Source of the DNA: Macrostomum lignano | Lineage: Eukaryota | Direction of reading: 5' to 3' | DNA: 64,000 nucleotides | Assembly (NCBI GenBank): GCA_002269645.1 | Contig: NIVC01001638.1 | Span: 186,001-250,000 of the forward strand | In this document: in pieces, positions 1-10,488 of the stretch | How positions within the stretch are numbered: the first letter of the stretch is position 1 | Layout: every line of letters begins with the position of its first letter | The notes under the pieces: model-generated | Database searches by the model: none | The model's input: only the letters and a program-made list of their open reading frames with translations | What the model was told of the DNA's origin: nothing | Translations under genes and position numbers: made by a program

Positions 1-1064
1 CAGTCTCACTTATAGGCCATAGACACCTAGATAGAAAAAACAGATTTGCAAAATTACCAAACAGATAAAATTCAGCTGCTAAAATGTTATGACTGCATTG
101 CAATCCACTCAATTGTTTAACATCGAGTAAACATCAAATTTAGTGTGCACCATGTTATAAAAATAAATTCTACACTTAAATTTGATCTGAAAAATTATTA
201 GCAAAAAATAAAATGAAGCGTATTTGGCAATCAAATACAAATATGTACGGACAAATTAAAAACATTATCTATAACAAACACTTTCTTTTAAAATATTCAG
301 TATAATTTAGTTAGACTTATTAATCAATAAAAGTGTATTTAACTGTTAATAAATTATATTTTTTAAGATCTTACCGTAAAACAATACAAACTCTTCTTTC
401 TTTGATTTTTTTGCTAAAGTGTTTTGTAACAGCATAGTATTCTACTAGTAGTAGAAAAAAAAGAAAATGAATACTATATTTTATGTTTACGTTCGAAACA
501 TACATGACATATTTCTGCAATAGTAATAATCACTTGACAAAATAATTAAGCATGAACAAAAGCCACTTTGCTGCAACATCATCTTGCTATATAGTAGCTA
601 GGGTGCAATTAAAAAAAATGAAAATTAATAATTGAAAAAATTGCAATTGCTCTTTCATTCAAATTGCAATTCAAAAAATTAAAAATTAATAATTGAAAAA
701 ATTGCAATTGCTCTTTCATTCAAATTGCAATTCAAAAAAATTATTCAATTAAATTGCAATAAGGAAAAGTTTCGCAATTTTATTGCAATTCTTTTATATT
801 TTTTGTGCAATTCGGGTGCCAGGTGTAACTACAATTCTGACTCATGTGGATAGAATTTTTTCTGCATCTGGCATGAGCCTGCAAAGTTGCATTCCATTCA
901 CCCGGTGTCGCTTTCTCATTGGTTGTCATCAATGAGGCACCAATGAGAATTGAGTTTATGCGCTGCTTTTGTATTTTCACATAATATTAATACAGGAATG
1001 AATTTGGAAAGATGGCTGATAATTTTCTCCAAATTCATTGCAACAATAAAAAGCTTTAATAGAC

Positions 1065-1517
1065 ATGCCATCCGAAAATGAACTTCGCAAGAGATATAGG
1101 GATCATCGAAAGGAATTCGAACTCACAAAGCAAAAGATTCGAAGGTTCATGCCATTAACTATATTTGCAGATCTAGATTCTGAGAGACTAATCAATAAGC
1201 TACAAGGTTTAGATACATTCAAGTCCTTTACAGAGGAGGATAAGCTCCTGAAGGAAAATGTGTCAAAAAGAAAAAGCATGCAAGATATTGCACTATCCTA
1301 TCAAAGCCAATCTCAAGCCATGCAAGCGATTGGTGATTTGGATACTGAAGAAGATAGCCTTCCACCACCCTATGAGATCGCTGCTGACAACCGAGGCACT
1401 GCTGACAACCGAGGCACTGCTGACAACCGAGGCACTGCTGACAACCGTGGCACTGCTGACAACCGAGGCACTGCTGACACCCGAGGCACTGCTGCTTCAT
1501 CACCTAACCAAAACTAG
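1065..1517 (+). CDS. Orphan 150-aa ORF with PPPY motif and C-terminal (ADNRGT)x6 repeat
   Basis: ATG-initiated ORF; six 18-bp repeats at ~1383-1490; AATAAA at ~1561; no recognisable family. Confidence 0.4.
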   Translation: MPSENELRKRYRDHRKEFELTKQKIRRFMPLTIFADLDSERLINKLQGLDTFKSFTEEDKLLKENVSKRKSMQDIALSYQSQSQAMQAIGDLDTEEDSLPPPYEIAADNRGTADNRGTADNRGTADNRGTADNRGTADTRGTAASSPNQN

Positions 1518-2740
1518 ATGATTGATGACTTGTGGTGACCATGGACTAATTTGTCAATATTAATAAATTGCTCTAATGTTTTAATTTTGTTCTTCATAGG
1601 CGTTTGAGGACTTTTTGTTTCTGTTTTAATAATCACTACTTTAATATTTAAAATACAAAACCATTATTATTATTTGCATAAGTTATGCGAAGTGTAACCT
1701 AAGAACGGATTTTAAGGAGTGAAAAAATAGTATCTCCGCTGTTATCTTTTTTAAATTTTTATAATTAATTTTCATTAAAGCAATTTTGATTTACGTGAAT
1801 TAAATTTAACTTTGTGTAATGGAAGCTGTCCTTGACCAATTGTTAGAGTTCCTGCGAGAGCCTATTTGACCATACGCTTCACTCAGTGTGGGTTTCGCAC
1901 GACGTTAAAGCTGAGTCACAATATAACAATTGCTTTGAGGAGAATTTCTCATACTTTTTGTTCCATTTTTAAGATACATAATTTAGAAAAGGGTTAGTGA
2001 AATCGTCCGTAGGTAGGGTTGCGATTGTTCGTTCGTTTGTAACTTGCGTGGCCCACTTCATGTCTTTTTTTACAGCTAGATAGAGGGTGAACACAAAAGA
2101 TTTGCACGAGCCACTCCTATTGGATGCCAGAACCAAACACTTTTTGGCAGAAATTTTGGCAAAAATTTTGGTTTTGGCAGAAATTTAGGCAGCCAATAGA
2201 AATGTTGAGTGCTGCGGTTAGTGCTCTAGTAGTCGAGTATGCATGCCACGAAAAATTTAAATAAGCACTCCATGTTCTTGAATGTCCTCTATTATCTTTA
2301 AGTAAAAATCTAAAACAGCATTAAAGCCATTTTAAAGTCTCGGGACAAAGCGAATGTGGAGCAAATTATTGACTTTTGTAGAAGCATTGTATTGCCTCGA
2401 GTGGACAATTTTTATGCATAGATGGTAGCTGACTGATCGTTAAAAGCAAAGCTAGTAAGATTGGCTTATTGAAGGGCGTTATGCAATGGGAGAAATGACT
2501 ATTATTAAATTTGATGCTAGTTTTGAAATGATTAAACCTGAAAATAGGTTATTTTAACCCACGAATCAAAACTTTCTTGTGGTTTTAGTCACGAAATCGC
2601 GCAAAAAGCAATTTTTCAAAAGTTTTGAAAAATCACTAAAATCACTGTTTTCAGACAATTTTCACCTGTTTTTAGTCGATTTTTATCTGTTTTTTGTGAT
2701 TTTTCAAAATGGGTTGCGCTCAAACCTACTTTTCCTATAC

Positions 2741-3290
2741 TACTGAGAGCGATTTTATTGCCGGCCGGCCGTTGCTGATCCGTTGACTTTACTGAGACTA
2801 TTTGAGGCCTCCCATTTTCTTAAGGGATTGGATAGGATCTGCGGACCGATTCCGATACCCTTAGAGGATTACTGACTGTTGATTTGGATTATACTAGATT
2901 AACCGATAGGAGCACACGACTCCGATTCCGTTAGATCTAGAAGAAGACGCCCCCTTTGGAGGACCTCGCGTTAGAATTTGAGCTTATTAGGGCGCACTGT
3001 TGATACTGATTTGACACTCGAGAAACGTACTGAATCCCGCACTCAAGGAGATATTTCGACGTCGACTTCACTGTTCTGCTCTCACTCTCGGCCGACTTTG
3101 GACTTCGAAGACTTCAAGAAGATTCCTCCGGAGAAGAAGATTGGAAGAAGCGAACTCTACAAACGCGCGCAACAAAGAAGAAACAAGGAAGGAGCTCGTA
3201 GAACCTGCCCGACACAGAAGAAGAGCCCGCCACAGTAAGTGATCACTGATTCTGTTCCCAGGCTTAAGTGTCTGGAAGTGGGAGTTTTCG
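2741..3290. repeat. Truncated copy of a dispersed repeat also present at ~54825-55290
   Basis: Collinear shared blocks, e.g. GGATAGGATCTGCGGACCGATT, AGAAGACGCCC..TGGAGGACCTCG, GATCACTGA..TTCCCAGGCTT..GTCTGGAAGTGG; cut off by the Polinton TIR. Confidence 0.75.
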
Positions 3291-3735
3291 GGTAGAAGGC
3301 ATGAGGGGGCTTCTGGGACAAAATTTTTCACTTCCTTCATAATCCACCTAAATCCATTCATATTATCCCTGACAGAATCAGAAAAAAGGGGGGTCGCACT
3401 CGCTCACAAAACGTCCTCCATAATCCCATTAAATCCATCCATATTATCCCCGACAGAATCATGAAAAAGTGGAGGGGTCGCACTTGCTCCGAAAACTTCG
3501 AACATAATCGTATTAAATCCATCCATATTATCCCTGACAGAATCAGTGCATAACAGATGTCCACTAACACCTGTTATGTTCACTGACACTGACATAATCC
3601 ACTGACATCCACCCAGAAACAATCAGAAAACAATCTGCATTCTTCTCCCCACATTCAATTTGCAACGCGAAACCAGATCCCTAAAACTTTAAATCATCAG
3701 CGCAGGGTCCTTACCCTTTGAAAAAAAATCTAAAT
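3291..3735 (+). repeat. Left TIR of Polinton-1
   Basis: Reverse complement of 17099-17543 with ~3 differences; three internal sub-repeats CATAATC..TAAATCCAT.CATATTATCCC.GACAGAATCA. Confidence 0.95.
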
Positions 3736-3765
3736 TTTCTCTGAATCTTGATTGTCTTTTATATG

Positions 3766-4443
3766 CTTACGAAGCTTCGTAAATTGAAATATTTTGTCGC
3801 TAAAGATATTCACTCTAAACTACTACTTCTACTAGCAGTAGGTTAAAAACATATTTTAGAATTTTCTGCTTTTTCATTAAAGATTTTACGAAGCTTCGTA
3901 AATTGAATTTTTCTGTCGCTAAAGATATTCACTCTAAACTACTACTTCTACTAGCAGTAGGTTAAAAACATATTTTAGTATTTTCTGCTTTTTCATTAAA
4001 GAGTTTACGAAGCTTCGTAAATTGAAATTTTCTGTCGCTAAAAATATTCACTCTAAACTACTACTTCTACTAGCAGTAGGTTAAAACATATTTTAGTATT
4101 TTCTGCTTTTTCATTAAAGAGTTTACGAAGCTTCGTAAATTGAAATTTTCTGTCGCTAAAAATATTCACTCTAAACTACTACTTCTACTAGCAGTAGGTT
4201 AAAAACATATTTTAGTATTTTCTGCTTTTTCATTAAAGAGATTACGAAGCTTCGTAAATTGAAATTTTCTGTCGCTAAAGATATTCACTCTGAACTACTA
4301 CTTCTACTAGCAGTAGGTTAAAAAACATATTTTAGTATTTTCTGCTTTTTCATTAAAGAGTTTACGAAGCTTCGTAAATTGAAATTTTCTGTCGCTAAAG
4401 ATATTCACTCTGAACTATTACTTCTACTAGTAGTAGGTAAAAA
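3766..4443. repeat. Subterminal tandem array, ~5.7 x 119 bp, each unit with an 18-bp palindrome
   Basis: ACGAAGCTTCGT recurs at 3769, 3888, 4007, 4125, 4244, 4364; palindrome TTTACGAAGCTTCGTAAA; CTACT-AGC-AGTAG mini-hairpin. Confidence 0.95.
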
Positions 4444-4601
4444 ACGTGTCGAGTCAGATTCCAATTAACGAAAAAACCGAATTATGTTGATTCAGTTATT
4501 ATTTATTTTATTAATTATAAGCAGGCTTTTATTTAACGACTAATTAATTTATATAAATCACCATTTCAAACACAACAGACAGCCATGTAGTAGTCACTTC
4601 T

Positions 4602-5246
4602 TCACTCCATGATATTTACTCCGTCACCTGGGTCATCTACTTCGTCACCTGGGTCGTCTACTTCGTCACCTGGGTCATCTACTTCGTCACCTGGGTCGTC
4701 TCGAACGTCCAAGGCCCAATTGGTCAGGGCAATCTCGGCTGTGACGCCTTCTTCGTTTACGTATTCGAACGTCTCATGCTCAACTTCCAAGGCCAGACGA
4801 AATTCTTCGTCGTCCTTGGCAAAATCGACGATTGCCTTCTTGTATTTCAAAATCGTTGTAAGGCAATATCCAGTAAATGGCAGAGCTATGTAACGCATCG
4901 CTAGCTCGTAGTACGCTACATACTCTTTCGCCTTTCGGACGGTCAATCCGAATTCCTCCGCAATCTTCTCGATAGGCCTAGTTTTCGTACTGAAGACGAT
5001 TGCCCGAGCCTGCTCGAACATTCCTAGGCTTTTTAAGTTGTCTAGCGGTCGCAGACAGTCCGAAATGGTCACAAATATACTGCGGACCTCTTCGCTAGAT
5101 TTATTCCGTAGATCTTGTCCTAGGCTGGACAGCAGCGTCTTAAGCAGGCCACCGTCAATGCGAAGACCTTTTGCGGCCAGATCAGTGAGCCTCCGTTTGA
5201 GATTTCGTAGGAATGTCTCCTGCTCGTTGTCGGCATTGCGATTCAT
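4602..5246 (-). CDS. Polinton accessory protein, 214 aa, possible HTH, acidic (DDPGDEV)x4 tail
   Basis: Clean ATG ORF inside the element; KIAEEFGLTVRKAKEYV is HTH-like (inference). Confidence 0.65.
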   Translation of the reverse strand: MNRNADNEQETFLRNLKRRLTDLAAKGLRIDGGLLKTLLSSLGQDLRNKSSEEVRSIFVTISDCLRPLDNLKSLGMFEQARAIVFSTKTRPIEKIAEEFGLTVRKAKEYVAYYELAMRYIALPFTGYCLTTILKYKKAIVDFAKDDEEFRLALEVEHETFEYVNEEGVTAEIALTNWALDVRDDPGDEVDDPGDEVDDPGDEVDDPGDGVNIME

Positions 5247-5422
5247 TGGTCTCCTTCTATGTTTTTACTCTTGTTTTTTCCATCTTCTTCTAGCTTGTCA
5301 AGTTTCTCCTTAAACTTCTTCAGCTCCTCCGGCGACCAAAACGCTAACGCCTCCGCAAGCGAAATATCACTTTTCGCATGCAGCTCCTTCAATTTCTCGA
5401 TTGTTTTCTCAATGTTGCTCAT
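5243..5422 (-). CDS. Small 59-aa helical ORF (MSNIEKTIEKLKELHAK...EGDQ), below the ORF-track cutoff
   Basis: ATG at 5422; its TGA overlaps the ATG of the 4602-5246 ORF (ATGA). Confidence 0.55.
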   Translation of the reverse strand: MSNIEKTIEKLKELHAKSDISLAEALAFWSPEELKKFKEKLDKLEEDGKNKSKNIEGDQ

Positions 5423-5702
5423 TGTTGTGAAAATTGTGGCAATCGTTGTCGATAGACTTGATAGTGAATTTAGCGCATAACCCCCAGACGAGGATTATGA
5501 TTCGCTTTTATAGCTTTGGAAGGCGTGGGATTCTCTTTTTATTCTAGAATATTCTAGGAGCAGAATTCTAGAAGGAAAACCCTTTTCTTTGCTATAAATA
5601 CGCCGGAATTAGACCACCCTATCCCGTCTCTCCCACTCCCATATAATCCCCTTTACAAGCTTTCGCGCAAGGTTTTCTTTCCAACCACTTGAGGCACTTG
5701 AA

Positions 5703-6203
5703 TCATTCTGCTCTCTCTACCCCCAGCTCTTTCAGCAGTCTTCCCAATTCATTGTTAGGAGCGCACAAAACAAACCCCGCTCCTGAGCCTCCGCCGTCTC
5801 TCCTCGTGCACCAGCCCTCTCTCCCTGTGCACCCGCCCTCGCCTTCAACCCCCAACCCCAACTTTGTTTTACCAAAAATAACAGCTTTAACTAGCTTCCG
5901 AGCAATCGACTCACGAAATCCGCTTGAAGCCCCTATATTGTCTAGTCTCTTAAGCATTTCTTTGTCCCAGCGATTCTTCTCCTCAGGAAAATCTCTATAT
6001 TTAACATCGTGCCACATGCAGACAGAGTCTAGCTCGTTCACAGGCTCATGCCCAGGATGTGGATTATTGTTTTTATCTAACTGTATTTCAAGTGGATTCA
6101 AAGGCCCGCAATATTTATAGCCGGGAAGTGTCCAGCCTTTGTTTGGATGAGGAAGCTTTTCTATCAGTCCATGTGAATCTATTTTACCACCAGAGCGCTG
6201 CAT
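5703..6203 (-). CDS. Parvovirus VP1u-like phospholipase A2 (adintovirus PLA2X type)
   Basis: Ca-loop TLPGYKYCGP and catalytic D..C..HD..Y (ELDSVCMWHDVKY); C-terminal KLGLG. Confidence 0.9.
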   Translation of the reverse strand: MQRSGGKIDSHGLIEKLPHPNKGWTLPGYKYCGPLNPLEIQLDKNNNPHPGHEPVNELDSVCMWHDVKYRDFPEEKNRWDKEMLKRLDNIGASSGFRESIARKLVKAVIFGKTKLGLGVEGEGGCTGREGWCTRRDGGGSGAGFVLCAPNNELGRLLKELGVERAE

Positions 6204-6233
6204 TATTTTATTTTAAATTTTCTTTTCAAATAA

Positions 6234-7270
6234 ATGACAGATCAGAAACTTAAAAAACTCAACTACAGCGACAAAGGATTCTTTGTAGGCAAAAATGCCG
6301 TTAGTAAACTCATGGAGCTGAGTAAGGAACCAAAAGCTACAGTAGAAAAATGGCTCTCTAAGCAGGCTGTCTTTCAAGTCTATTTCCCACCAGTAAAATT
6401 TGAAAGGCCCCATTTCAGTATTTATAAACCTAATGAGGCGCACCAAGCAGATCTTCTGTTTCTCCCCAATGACTCGGGCTACAAGTATGCTCTCACAATT
6501 ACAGACGTTGCCTCCAGATATAAGGAAGCGAGACCGCTTAAGACGAAGAAGTCAGAAGCAGTTGCAGCCGCCCTCCAAGATAGTTATAAAAACTCTCCGC
6601 TCACACACCCAAAACCCTTATAACCGACCCGGGTAAAGAATTCATGGGTGCAGTGAAATCACTTATGGAAAAGAAAAATACAGAGATTCGCTATGGCAGA
6701 ACTGAGCTCCACAGAGATCAGGCTTTTGTGGAAAGATTCAATCTAACTCTAGCCAAGAGGCTATTCACTAAGCAGACAGCTGAAGAGCTGAAACTAAAAA
6801 GTGGCCAATACTATACCAAGTGGACAGACCGGCTCCCCACTGTTATAGAACAACTGAACAATGAAGTCACACGCATGACTGGATTGAAACCGTCCCATGC
6901 AATTAAACAAGACACTGTCGAACTTAAGTCATCTCATAAAACAGACAACAACACGACAACCCCACACAACACACACAGCACAAAACACACCTCGAACTAC
7001 CCTAAGCTTCCAGGAGTTGAATCACCATACATAATGACAAACTCTGAGTTTCTACGCTTTTTATATCTACCTGGAGAGCTAGAGAAGGACACTAAAAGAA
7101 GAGCTACAGATCCATACTTCAGCCTTGATGTACATAAAATAGACAGACATTTTACCTCCGACTCCGGTGACTATTACTTTTTATCTCAAACCTTTAACCC
7201 TAAATCCCCCACGCGGTCATTCACTAGAGCTGAACTCCTAGTGATACCAGCTGACACGGAAATTAATTAA
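6234..7270 (+). pseudogene. Retroviral-type DDE integrase of Polinton, one 1-bp frameshift
   Basis: HQADL..., TDVASRY, (I)TDPGKEFMG, VERFNLTL; one extra base near 6607-6610 joins ORFs 6234-6623 and 6644-7270. Confidence 0.9.
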
Positions 7271-7286
7271 AATATTAAAATAAAAA

Positions 7287-7733
7287 ATGACAAAGATTGA
7301 AACCAGAACCATCAATAAACTCAATAAAATCATTGAATCAAAGAAACCAGGTCTTATATCAATTAAAGGTGTCAAAGTAAAAATCGATCCCACGCAGCAA
7401 ATAGTTGAGTGTAATGAGCAAAGACACAGCATAACAGATGAAAAGTCAGGAGGAATCCTACCATTAGCAGCTCTTATTCCGATCATTGCAGGCGCTGTAA
7501 GTGCCGCAGGTGGTGTAGCTGGAGGTGTAGCAACTGCTGTTAAAGCTGGGAATGATAGAGCCCACCCGCTAGAATTGCAAAAGATTGCAAGAGACAAAGG
7601 TATAACAATTAAGGCAGGAGAGGGCTGCCCCGATCGTGATGATTGTGAGCATGAAAATTCTGTAAGCAAGTCTGACATTGTCAAAGCCATCATGACACTG
7701 CACAATGCTGGGTTCACAATAATGCGGATGTGA
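7287..7733 (+). CDS. Adenovirus pX(mu)-precursor-like membrane-active/core protein
   Basis: KSGGILPLAALIPIIAGAVSAAGG resembles adenoviral pX C-terminus GG(I/F)LP.LIP.IAAAIGA. Confidence 0.7.
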   Translation: MTKIETRTINKLNKIIESKKPGLISIKGVKVKIDPTQQIVECNEQRHSITDEKSGGILPLAALIPIIAGAVSAAGGVAGGVATAVKAGNDRAHPLELQKIARDKGITIKAGEGCPDRDDCEHENSVSKSDIVKAIMTLHNAGFTIMRM

Positions 7734-7857
7734 TGAGGTTTAAAATCCCACTTTATCCAGCTTCATAAACCTAACGCTACTTATAGTATGTAGAAACAGT
7801 TCAACTTTTCTATCAGGGTGGTCACCCTCAAAATTTTTTTTTATTTTAGAGAAAAAA

Positions 7858-9208
7858 ATGCCAAAAGCTAATCCAGCAAAAGATTTAGTAAATTACTTTT
7901 GTCTTGAAATGAGACGCCTTTTGAAAAATATTTGTTGACTAAGAGAAGCATGTAAACAAACGTTTAACACAGACCCTGGTCACCTGGGAAGCTATGAAAA
8001 ACAGTTGGAAATCATCAATCAATTAGAATCCAACCAGTATGCGCCTATAAAAAATCCTGCAAAGGAACACCAAGAGAGGAGTCGCAACTTAGTTAACAAA
8101 TATGAAACTCTCACTGGTGAAAAAGCAAAGTACCCACAAAATAAGCAGGAACAAGAGAAATTAGAGAAATTAATCCATTTAAAAGAGTCGGAGCTTGCCA
8201 TTGAAGAGATTAATTTTGCACAGAGGAAGTTTACAGAACATTACATAGAGTACACAATCCCAATTAAGGATACCACCACAAACATCTACGACTATAAAGA
8301 CAGCATCCAATCAGTTGTTGATCACACACTCAAAACACGCAAGACCTTTAAACTACAGATATCATTCAAGATTGCGTTTTATATGCCTGCAAAACCCACT
8401 GAGCATCTCGAGTATTACATGACAACAAAGGCAAAGCCATTCACCCCAACAGACACACTGGATCCTTTCCTTCAAGATGTCACCAAGAAAATTGAAGCGT
8501 TCACATCCAGAGGCTCCGGATGGGTCGCGGGAGGGACTCAAAGAGCAACTGTCATGGTCATGAAATATGACCCACTTAAAGCCTCCTCTTATATAGAGCT
8601 CCCGCATAAGCTTGCCGGCAAAAAAGCTTGCATAAATGTTAAAAATAAAGACAATTGCTGTGCTCTATGGGCAGTTCTTTCTGCACTTCTTCATGATGGT
8701 GTCCCTCACCACCCCGAAAGAACCTTAAATTATCAAAATTATTTTGATAATTTTGCTGCAGCAAAAAGATTTGTTTGACTTGTCTGAGTATGATAAATCT
8801 TTCAGGACACAGAATGGCGATCAAGTGTTTGACGATACTAACAAGAAAGTGATTGGGAAAATGAAGGACGAGATTGCTGGGGACATAATCACTGAATTCA
8901 TAGGGTTGAGAGCAAAGTCCTATTTTGTAAAATGTGAGTCGTCAGACCCAATTAAAAAATCAAACGGAATTCCGAAACGTGTGGTTAGGAAGGAAATTAA
9001 TGAAGCTGAATACAGAGACGCCTTGAATTGCAACAAAAAGACATCTCATGAGTTCTCAAAGCTACAATCTAAAAACCATATTATTCACACAATTCAGCAA
9101 AAGAAGATTGGACTGTCAGGTGCAGATAACAAGAGATTCATTTTTGATGACAATATTAACAGTCTACCGTTCGGGCACTGGAGATTAGGTTTAGGAGATT
9201 GGGTTTAG
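7858..9208 (+). pseudogene. Protein-primed PolB with large internal deletion
   Basis: N-terminal GSGW / SYIELP..L..K..IN..N.D..C..W segment abuts (~8745-8775) the C-terminal NKKVIGKMKDE..EFIGLRAKSY..DNKR..PFGHW segment; Exo I-III and Pol A-C motifs absent. Confidence 0.88.
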
Positions 9209-9261
9209 GAGGTGGAGATTGGGTTTAGGTTTAAGAGAAAGTTTAATAAACCTCACAAAAA

Positions 9262-9663
9262 ATGACGACAAATAACTTTCTTGAAGATTTGGCTAACGAA
9301 CTGGAAATCCCAAACTTTAGAGGAATATTTATGAGGGACACTCTGCCTGATTTTCCTCTAAGAAAAGAATGTGGCATCATGAACTTTGACACCACCGATA
9401 AGCCAGGATCTCATTGGGTTTGCTGGGTGATTGATCCCGATCGCAAGCACAAGTGTTATTACTTCGATAGCTATGGGACGGCAGTACCAGAAGAGCTAAG
9501 AAATTATATGAAGGGGAAAAATAATAAAAAAATTTATCGCTCAGACTTTATTCTCCAAGGTCTTAGCAGTGATATTTGCGGTGAGCTGTGCATGACTGTT
9601 TTGTATGCAATGACCAAAACACGAAAGACCTACAAGGAAATTATTCTTGGCTGTGTTTCATAA
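9262..9663 (+). CDS. Adenain-like cysteine protease (maturation protease)
   Basis: GSHWV (His), YFDSYG (Asp), LQ...SDICGELC (oxyanion Gln, Cys). Confidence 0.92.
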   Translation: MTTNNFLEDLANELEIPNFRGIFMRDTLPDFPLRKECGIMNFDTTDKPGSHWVCWVIDPDRKHKCYYFDSYGTAVPEELRNYMKGKNNKKIYRSDFILQGLSSDICGELCMTVLYAMTKTRKTYKEIILGCVS

Positions 9664-9667
9664 AAGT

Positions 9668-10396
9668 TCATTGTGCATTTCTCGTCGTCCTTCTTGCCGA
9701 ATTTCTTGCCGACTTTCTTTCCGCATAATGTTGAAAAACTTTCTCGAGTTCATTTTTCAGCTGACTCATGTCATCAGTACCGACCATGTTCAAGTTCATT
9801 CGAATTGATTGTTCATAAAGATCCTGAATGGTTTTGAACTCATCCTCTGAAATGAACTTATCCTCGATTGCCCTTGAAATGTACCCTATGATTGATGTGT
9901 GCACCCCTTTCTCTTTTACTTGCTTCTCCTGTAGCTGCTTTAGTTTTTTTCGCCTGTTTCGCGCTACTGCTCCAGTAATTGCTGAAATAAGTCCACATGC
10001 AGCACCTACTGAACCAAGTGGAATTGCGATTGGGGCTGTGATGGCTGGCAACACTGAGACAGCTGCAGCAGATCCAGTTAGAACAGACACAGATCCTAGA
10101 ATCATATTGCTGTAGTCGAAAAATTTACAGTGGTTGTCATAGCGCTTAATTTTCTTTGTGTTGTGGAAAATATTTTTTTCAAGATCATCGCGCATTTTTT
10201 GAATCTCCACCAGTCGAAACTGTTGAGAGTTACAAGTAATGACGGGGTAGAGTTTTTGCTGCTCATATTGGGGTGCATTCAGATTCGGTGCATTCAGGCT
10301 TTGTGTGTTCGAATTCGGTGCCATTGAGTTTGGTGCTGTCGGTATTTTAGGTTCAACGTATTGAGACTGATCGTATAGAGAATTTTGTTGGGCCAT
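9668..10396 (-). CDS. Conserved Polinton membrane/coiled-coil protein (gasderminX/PW-like)
   Basis: FRL..I, central hydrophobic G/A-rich hairpin, RAIEDKFISEDEF motif recalled from Polinton proteins. Confidence 0.6.
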   Translation of the reverse strand: MAQQNSLYDQSQYVEPKIPTAPNSMAPNSNTQSLNAPNLNAPQYEQQKLYPVITCNSQQFRLVEIQKMRDDLEKNIFHNTKKIKRYDNHCKFFDYSNMILGSVSVLTGSAAAVSVLPAITAPIAIPLGSVGAACGLISAITGAVARNRRKKLKQLQEKQVKEKGVHTSIIGYISRAIEDKFISEDEFKTIQDLYEQSIRMNLNMVGTDDMSQLKNELEKVFQHYAERKSARNSARRTTRNAQ

Positions 10397-10488
10397 TTTT
10401 TTCTCTAGAAAAAATAAAAAAAATTATAAAACTATCCGGTTGAAAGATCTGTTTTCTTTTTGATAATTCCATCTGCACCGCCGGTTGT

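Noticed and set aside
3358-3622. ORFs duplicated at 17211-17643
   Set aside because: They fall in the TIRs and only reflect the inverted repeat; no coding signature
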